64,000 nt of DNA from the NCBI GenBank assembly GCA_965223265.1, contig OZ244999.1, positions 4,256,001 to 4,320,000 of the forward strand, read 5' to 3'. Below the pieces are notes generated by a model, which was not told the origin of the DNA, searched no databases, and was given only the letters and a program-made list of their open reading frames with translations. This document shows, piece after piece, positions 59,362 through 64,000 of this stretch (positions are counted from its first letter, which is position 1; every line of letters starts with the position of its first letter). The stretch is from Planctomycetota bacterium (GTDB lineage: Bacteria > Planctomycetota > UBA8108 > SXIK01). The position numbers and the translations under genes were made by a program.

Positions 59362-60492
59362 ATGAATCGCTCCACGTCAGATCGCCGCGAATTTATCTGC
59401 ACGACCCTGTCGTCCGGCCTCGGATTGACACTCGCCAGCGTCGGCTCCACCGCGGCCGCGCCACGACGAGAGAGCATCGCCGTCGGTGTCATCACACAGG
59501 CCGACGGCGCCCACCTCGGCGCCTATTTCGCGGCGCTCGCGCAGACCCCGGAGACGCAAGAAGTTTCGCTCTACGACCCCAGCGGCAACAGTGTGGAAGA
59601 CGCAAAGCGCCGGCTCGGGGCGAAACTAAAGGCGGTGCACCGCACTCAGGAAGAGCTGCTGGGCTCGAAGCCAGCGATGGTACTTGTCAGCCTCGAAGCT
59701 CGAGCCGCGCCCGCCGCCATCGACGCGGCGCTTGACGCAGGCTGCCACGTCTTCGCCGAGAAGCCCGCGTGTGTGCGCGCCGAGGATTTCGCAGCGCTGG
59801 TGAGCAAGGCTACGGCTGGAAAACGACACCTCATGCTCGCCTTCGCGAATCGCATTCTGCCTCGCGTCAGCAAGGCACGTGAGCTCATCTCGAGTGGCGC
59901 CATTGGCAAGATCTACGGAGTCGAAGCCCACATCATCGCCGATCAGACGCGGTTGAAGAATCCCGCGTATCGTCAGAAGTGGTACGCCATCAAAGCGCGC
60001 GCCGGGGGTGGCCACTTGAGCTGGCTTGGGATCCACTGGCTCGATATGATTTCTCACATCACGGGGCTGACGGTCGAGCAAGTGACGGGATTCGCCGGTG
60101 TCGTCGGCGGCCAGCCCATCGACGTTGAAGATTCCGCTGTCGTAGCACTCAAATTCTCGAGCGGTGCGTTCGGCACCTTGACGTCCGGGTACTATCTCGA
60201 TAAGCGCTACCACTCGCACGTGAAAGTCTGGGGCGCCGACGGTTGGCTCGACCTCGCTCCGATCGAAAAGAAGCTGACGTGGTACAACCCGGAGCACTCA
60301 CCCGACGCCCAAAACGTCGAGGTCGAGGAACGCCCGGGGGGATACACGCCATTCGTTCGCAAATGCGTTCGCGCAAGCGCCGGACTCGAGGCGCCGCCGA
60401 TCACCGGAGCGGAAGGTCTCGCGGTGCTGCGGACGATTTTCGCTTTCTACGAAGCGGCGGAGACTGGGCAGGCGCAACGAGTCAAGGCATAG
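59362..60492 (+). CDS. Gfo/Idh/MocA family oxidoreductase, Tat signal
   Basis: DRREFI; HVFAEKP, GAIG.I, GGG.L..LGIH.LD, VED. Confidence 0.9.
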   Translation: MNRSTSDRREFICTTLSSGLGLTLASVGSTAAAPRRESIAVGVITQADGAHLGAYFAALAQTPETQEVSLYDPSGNSVEDAKRRLGAKLKAVHRTQEELLGSKPAMVLVSLEARAAPAAIDAALDAGCHVFAEKPACVRAEDFAALVSKATAGKRHLMLAFANRILPRVSKARELISSGAIGKIYGVEAHIIADQTRLKNPAYRQKWYAIKARAGGGHLSWLGIHWLDMISHITGLTVEQVTGFAGVVGGQPIDVEDSAVVALKFSSGAFGTLTSGYYLDKRYHSHVKVWGADGWLDLAPIEKKLTWYNPEHSPDAQNVEVEERPGGYTPFVRKCVRASAGLEAPPITGAEGLAVLRTIFAFYEAAETGQAQRVKA

Positions 60493-60637
60493 GCCTCGAG
60501 GTCGTCCACAACCCTCGTCGACAAGTCGTCGTCACACACAACGATTGTGCGTACTGAAAACGCCCCCGGAAGCGCCACGAAAAAGGCGATCCGGAGGCGT
60601 CGTCAGGCGAGCGGTGCCGTTCGTACACCCCGTTTGG

Positions 60638-61582
60638 CTACGGGGTGCAGTCCGGACAGCTCGGATTCTGTGGGCAGCCCTCAAAGTACGTGCATGTCGT
60701 GCCGTTGATCGGCGCTGCGCCGGCTCCAAACATCCAGTTGAGAAACCAAATCACGTCACTAATGTCGAGAGCGTAATCGCCATTGGAATCGAACATCTGA
60801 ATGTTTCTCGGGTCGCCGCTCGTGCCGTCCCCGCATGGAAGCGCACCGATGCCAACGACCATATGGTTGAGAAGACCAACCGGATCACTGATGTCGAGGC
60901 CGCCGTCTTGGTTCATGTCGTTCGGCAGTTGATTCCTGCACCCAGAGTTGCACGCCGACTGAGGATAGGAGCCGCAGGTGAGCGTTCCGGGAGTCGGATC
61001 GGGCCCGCATACGAGCGCGCCCGGCGCTGGAGGTGGCGTGCCGCCGATGCAGAACGCCTGGATAAAAGCGACGTCGGAAATCGTCACCGCGTCGTCGTCG
61101 TTGGCGTCCGCCGCAAGCATACAGAGCGGTGCAGGTCCGGTCGATGTCAAGTAGTTCGCGATGAAGATCGCGTCGTCGGAGCTGACGCAGCCGTCCTGGT
61201 TGGCATCGCCGCGCTTGAAGAGCGGACATGGACTCGGATACGACACGCACGCAAGCGCGGACGCCCCTGGCCCACACACGGGAAACGGGGCGACCGGCAA
61301 GGGACCTCCTGTAATCGCGTAGTTGAGCAGGTCAATGGCGTCGGGGATGTTCACTGCGTTGTCGCCGTTGACATCCTGTGCGGACTGACAGTCGCAGCCA
61401 GCGGGTAGCGAGGCGGTACTTGTGAGATGCCGCAACAGATCCACCGCGTCGATAAAGTTCACCGCGCCGTTACAGTTGACGTCACCGGTGAGATAGTCCT
61501 GCGCCGTCGCACCGGAGGAGAACAAGCAGCCCGCCGTGAGCGCGAGGCAGGCAACGATCTGATGGGGTCGAAGAGCGATCAT
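60638..61582 (-). CDS. Secreted protein made of three Cys-rich dockerin-like domains
   Basis: RBS AGGAGG; signal peptide; six DxNxDGx(V/L)xxxD loops in three pairs. Confidence 0.8.
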   Translation of the reverse strand: MIALRPHQIVACLALTAGCLFSSGATAQDYLTGDVNCNGAVNFIDAVDLLRHLTSTASLPAGCDCQSAQDVNGDNAVNIPDAIDLLNYAITGGPLPVAPFPVCGPGASALACVSYPSPCPLFKRGDANQDGCVSSDDAIFIANYLTSTGPAPLCMLAADANDDDAVTISDVAFIQAFCIGGTPPPAPGALVCGPDPTPGTLTCGSYPQSACNSGCRNQLPNDMNQDGGLDISDPVGLLNHMVVGIGALPCGDGTSGDPRNIQMFDSNGDYALDISDVIWFLNWMFGAGAAPINGTTCTYFEGCPQNPSCPDCTP

Positions 61583-61734
61583 GGCAACCTCCTGAGAATC
61601 TTTGGTTCAACCGTTCGGAAGCGAACGGCTCTACAGGAGGAAGCGTCAGAATCGCCGCAGGCTGCCCCGGAAACTCACGTCAACCAGAAGAGACGGGCGT
61701 TGGACACGGAGTCATTCGCCATTTTGGCGTGCGT

Positions 61735-63210
61735 CTAGCCGCGAGGTCGGAAACGAAAGGCATAGAGATCGGCGTCCTTGAGCACGAAACGAAGCCGCAC
61801 AGGCTTGCCAGCGAGGCCTGACACGTCGCCCTTGCCTTGCCAGGTGACCTTTCGCTCAAGGGAGTCTCCGATCAGTTCGTCCGCGCCGTCGAGCGCGAAC
61901 CCAGGATGGGCCTTCCCGTCAGCATCTTGCAGCTCAACACGGACGCCGCCCGCGGCGGAGGATGCAAAGTTGATCGCGAGTTCTCCACCCTCGAACGTGA
62001 TGGGCTTGGTCGTCAGTTCACCGCCGCGATACCCTGCGTGGATCGACGCGAAGCCGTCGAGGCGTAGTGTCAGCCTCTCGACGTAGTGTGAAGGCTGCCC
62101 GTAGTGCCGCTGCACGTAGATCGACATCTCGCCATCCCCCGTCGGGACGACACCGCGCGCTGGGTAGTTCGAACGCGCCACCCAGTCGCGTGGGCTCACT
62201 CCGGCGCGGACGTACGATTCAAGGAACGTGCGGTCGATCAACTGGCCGCCGCGACTCGAAAGCAGCACTGCGTCGGAGATGCCACCGCGGAGGCGCTCCC
62301 CGGCATCGTAGTTGCGTGGATCGCTCAGAGCGATGCGCTCTTCCACCTCAGGAGTCAGAGCCCAGCGCCTCGGGAAGTACCGCGCCGCCGTGCCGATGTA
62401 GATGTGAGGTGCACGAAAGTAAGGCGCCATCTGATTGGTGTAGAGATGCTCACTCGGCGTGTCGCCGTACACCGCGTCGATCGGCGGCGTCCAATCAAGA
62501 AAATTCGTCGATGTCGTCCGCGTGATCCAGCGAACACGGTTCTTGAACGTACGGAAGTAACACACGTAGCGCCGCTCGCTCGTTGACCAGAAGACGTTGT
62601 TCTGTGAGTCGAATGCACCCTCGGTGATAATCGGCTCCGCGCGCAGCTTGCGCCAGCGAACGCCGTCGCCCGAGGCGTATGCGATCAGCCCGCTGCGCTG
62701 CGAGCCACCGACCGCCTTGTAACGCTCTTCCGCGGGAACTCCAGGGCGCGTGTCGACGACGGGCGCGAAGTTGTGCGTCTCATCGCCAGCGTCGGCAAGG
62801 ATCACGTTGTTGTCACGGCTGCCGTAGAGCTCGAAGAGTCCAAGCGACGGTCGTACCCACGAAATCCCGTCGTCACTTTCGGCGTAGCACGCCACCTGCT
62901 TCCCATCCGGGCGCTGCGGATAACCGCGGTAGTACATGCGATACTTGTCGCCATCTTTCAGCACGGTGAAGTAGCCACTCAGGATACCTTCCCAGGGTCG
63001 ATCAAGCTTGAGGACGGCGCCGGAGGGGCGCGGGGTCGCGAGTCGCAGCTCAGCCCCGTCAAGAGACTGAATCAGGTGCCGGTCCACAAAAATCTCGCGA
63101 CGTGACCCGATCGCCACCGGCGCGTCTGCCGCCGACAACGCAGCAGCTGCCGAGGCCATAACCAGCAACGAACAGAGAAGACGCAACGGAACAAGTAACG
63201 CTCGGCTCAC
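61735..63210 (-). CDS. Secreted beta-propeller glycosidase-like hypothetical protein
   Basis: IGSRREIFVD, DRPWEG, YRMYYRG, YAES.DGI.W..P.LG, FDSQN, LRLDGFAS. Confidence 0.8.
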   Translation of the reverse strand: MSRALLVPLRLLCSLLVMASAAAALSAADAPVAIGSRREIFVDRHLIQSLDGAELRLATPRPSGAVLKLDRPWEGILSGYFTVLKDGDKYRMYYRGYPQRPDGKQVACYAESDDGISWVRPSLGLFELYGSRDNNVILADAGDETHNFAPVVDTRPGVPAEERYKAVGGSQRSGLIAYASGDGVRWRKLRAEPIITEGAFDSQNNVFWSTSERRYVCYFRTFKNRVRWITRTTSTNFLDWTPPIDAVYGDTPSEHLYTNQMAPYFRAPHIYIGTAARYFPRRWALTPEVEERIALSDPRNYDAGERLRGGISDAVLLSSRGGQLIDRTFLESYVRAGVSPRDWVARSNYPARGVVPTGDGEMSIYVQRHYGQPSHYVERLTLRLDGFASIHAGYRGGELTTKPITFEGGELAINFASSAAGGVRVELQDADGKAHPGFALDGADELIGDSLERKVTWQGKGDVSGLAGKPVRLRFVLKDADLYAFRFRPRG

Positions 63211-63497
63211 GAGAAACTCCTGACGGAAAAGAACTGCGAAGACTCAACAAAGGGACCCAAGACGGCCATCCAGGGTAGCGACGAACGGAGCTATCGACAA
63301 CGGAGAGCCGTACACGGCATGTGGGAAGAGGGACCAGGACAGGAGTTCTCACCTCAGGTCAGACCTCTCCTGCAAACGAACTGACACCCTCGAGTCGAGG
63401 GCAAGCCCGCCCTGCGTCTCTCGGCGCTGTCGATGTGAAGACCCTCAAGTCTCTTTCATCTCTCGATCAGAACTCTGTGTCCTCGTGGTTGCAACGA

Positions 63498-64000
63498 TCA
63501 CGGCAAAGGAAACAGCCGCCGAAAATCCTCGCGCGGCTCGAGATTCTTCGCGTCGCCGCCGTAGAGCCACACAAGCGGCAGCACCTTGAGCGTGCCGCGC
63601 TCGTCGCCGTAGCGCCCGTACGAGATGAGGACGCGATCGGCATGAAAGAAAACCGCCGGATGCGAACGCGCGCCCAGGTCGAAGTCGGTCGGCAGATCGA
63701 CGATGGAATCCGGGTCGCGCTCAGGTGCGGGGAGCAGCGGATGGTGAACCAATCCCTCGGGGCGAGTGAAGCGGATCGGCCCCGGCTCGACGCGTGCACC
63801 AGAGAGCACGGAGTCGACGTTCTGATAGAATTCCCAAATGGCGCCCTTGGCGCGACTGATCGCGCTACTGAGACGCGAACGCCCGAGCCCCTTGCGGATC
63901 TCTTCTTCGCTCTGTTGATTCCAGACAACGACGAGGTCGCCCGTCGCGGGCACACGCTTGAGTTTGGCGCTGGCGTTCGACGTCGCAAGCGGTGTCGCTG
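63498..64000 (-). CDS. C-terminal part of a sialidase/BNR-repeat protein (5' end outside window)
   Basis: Frame open to the window edge; P.TGDLVVVWN, R.RLSSAIS..G..W, HP...ISY. Confidence 0.7.
   Translation of the reverse strand, partial: ATPLATSNASAKLKRVPATGDLVVVWNQQSEEEIRKGLGRSRLSSAISRAKGAIWEFYQNVDSVLSGARVEPGPIRFTRPEGLVHHPLLPAPERDPDSIVDLPTDFDLGARSHPAVFFHADRVLISYGRYGDERGTLKVLPLVWLYGGDAKNLEPREDFRRLFPLP

Noticed and set aside
63211-63497. Long leader with small hairpins as a possible riboswitch
   Set aside because: No known riboswitch consensus recognised; looks like degenerate repeat fragments.

Overview
GC-rich bacterial genomic window, most likely an uncultured Planctomycetota lineage (inferred from GTAG-type REP repeats, Cys-rich dockerin-like domains, DUF1080, a MoxR-VWA operon and giant secreted proteins). 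Family assignments come from motif recognition by eye; no database searches were run. No rRNA, tRNA or CRISPR array was seen. Left end (0-6 kb): an AEP primase-SF2 helicase fusion, three abutting truncated genes (CcbP-like, YHS-glgP, katG) and an intact oxyR with a four-tetrad operator. 11-14 kb: two unusual glycosyltransferase-like genes, one fused to a GHMP kinase. The most striking locus is a minus-strand five-gene cluster at 17.0-29.0 kb: (1) a YtkA-like/di-heme lipoprotein, (2) a ~2150-aa secreted protein joining PA14, a copper radical oxidase with all canonical ligands, LamG, TSP3 repeats, a YVTN propeller, a di-heme cytochrome c domain and three copies of an unnamed beta-sandwich, (3) a second MauG/MbnH-like di-heme enzyme, (4) a Tat gamma subunit and (5) a GMC flavoprotein. 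Its upstream region holds REP pairs and a 372-nt ORF-less group II intron with both termini intact. Right half: a ~3390-aa secreted TPR protein convergent with a MoxR/DUF58/BatA-VWA/VWA operon, sugar-metabolism genes and an all-dockerin-like protein. A ~159-bp hairpin MITE with YTAA target duplications occurs six times (three full, three partial).
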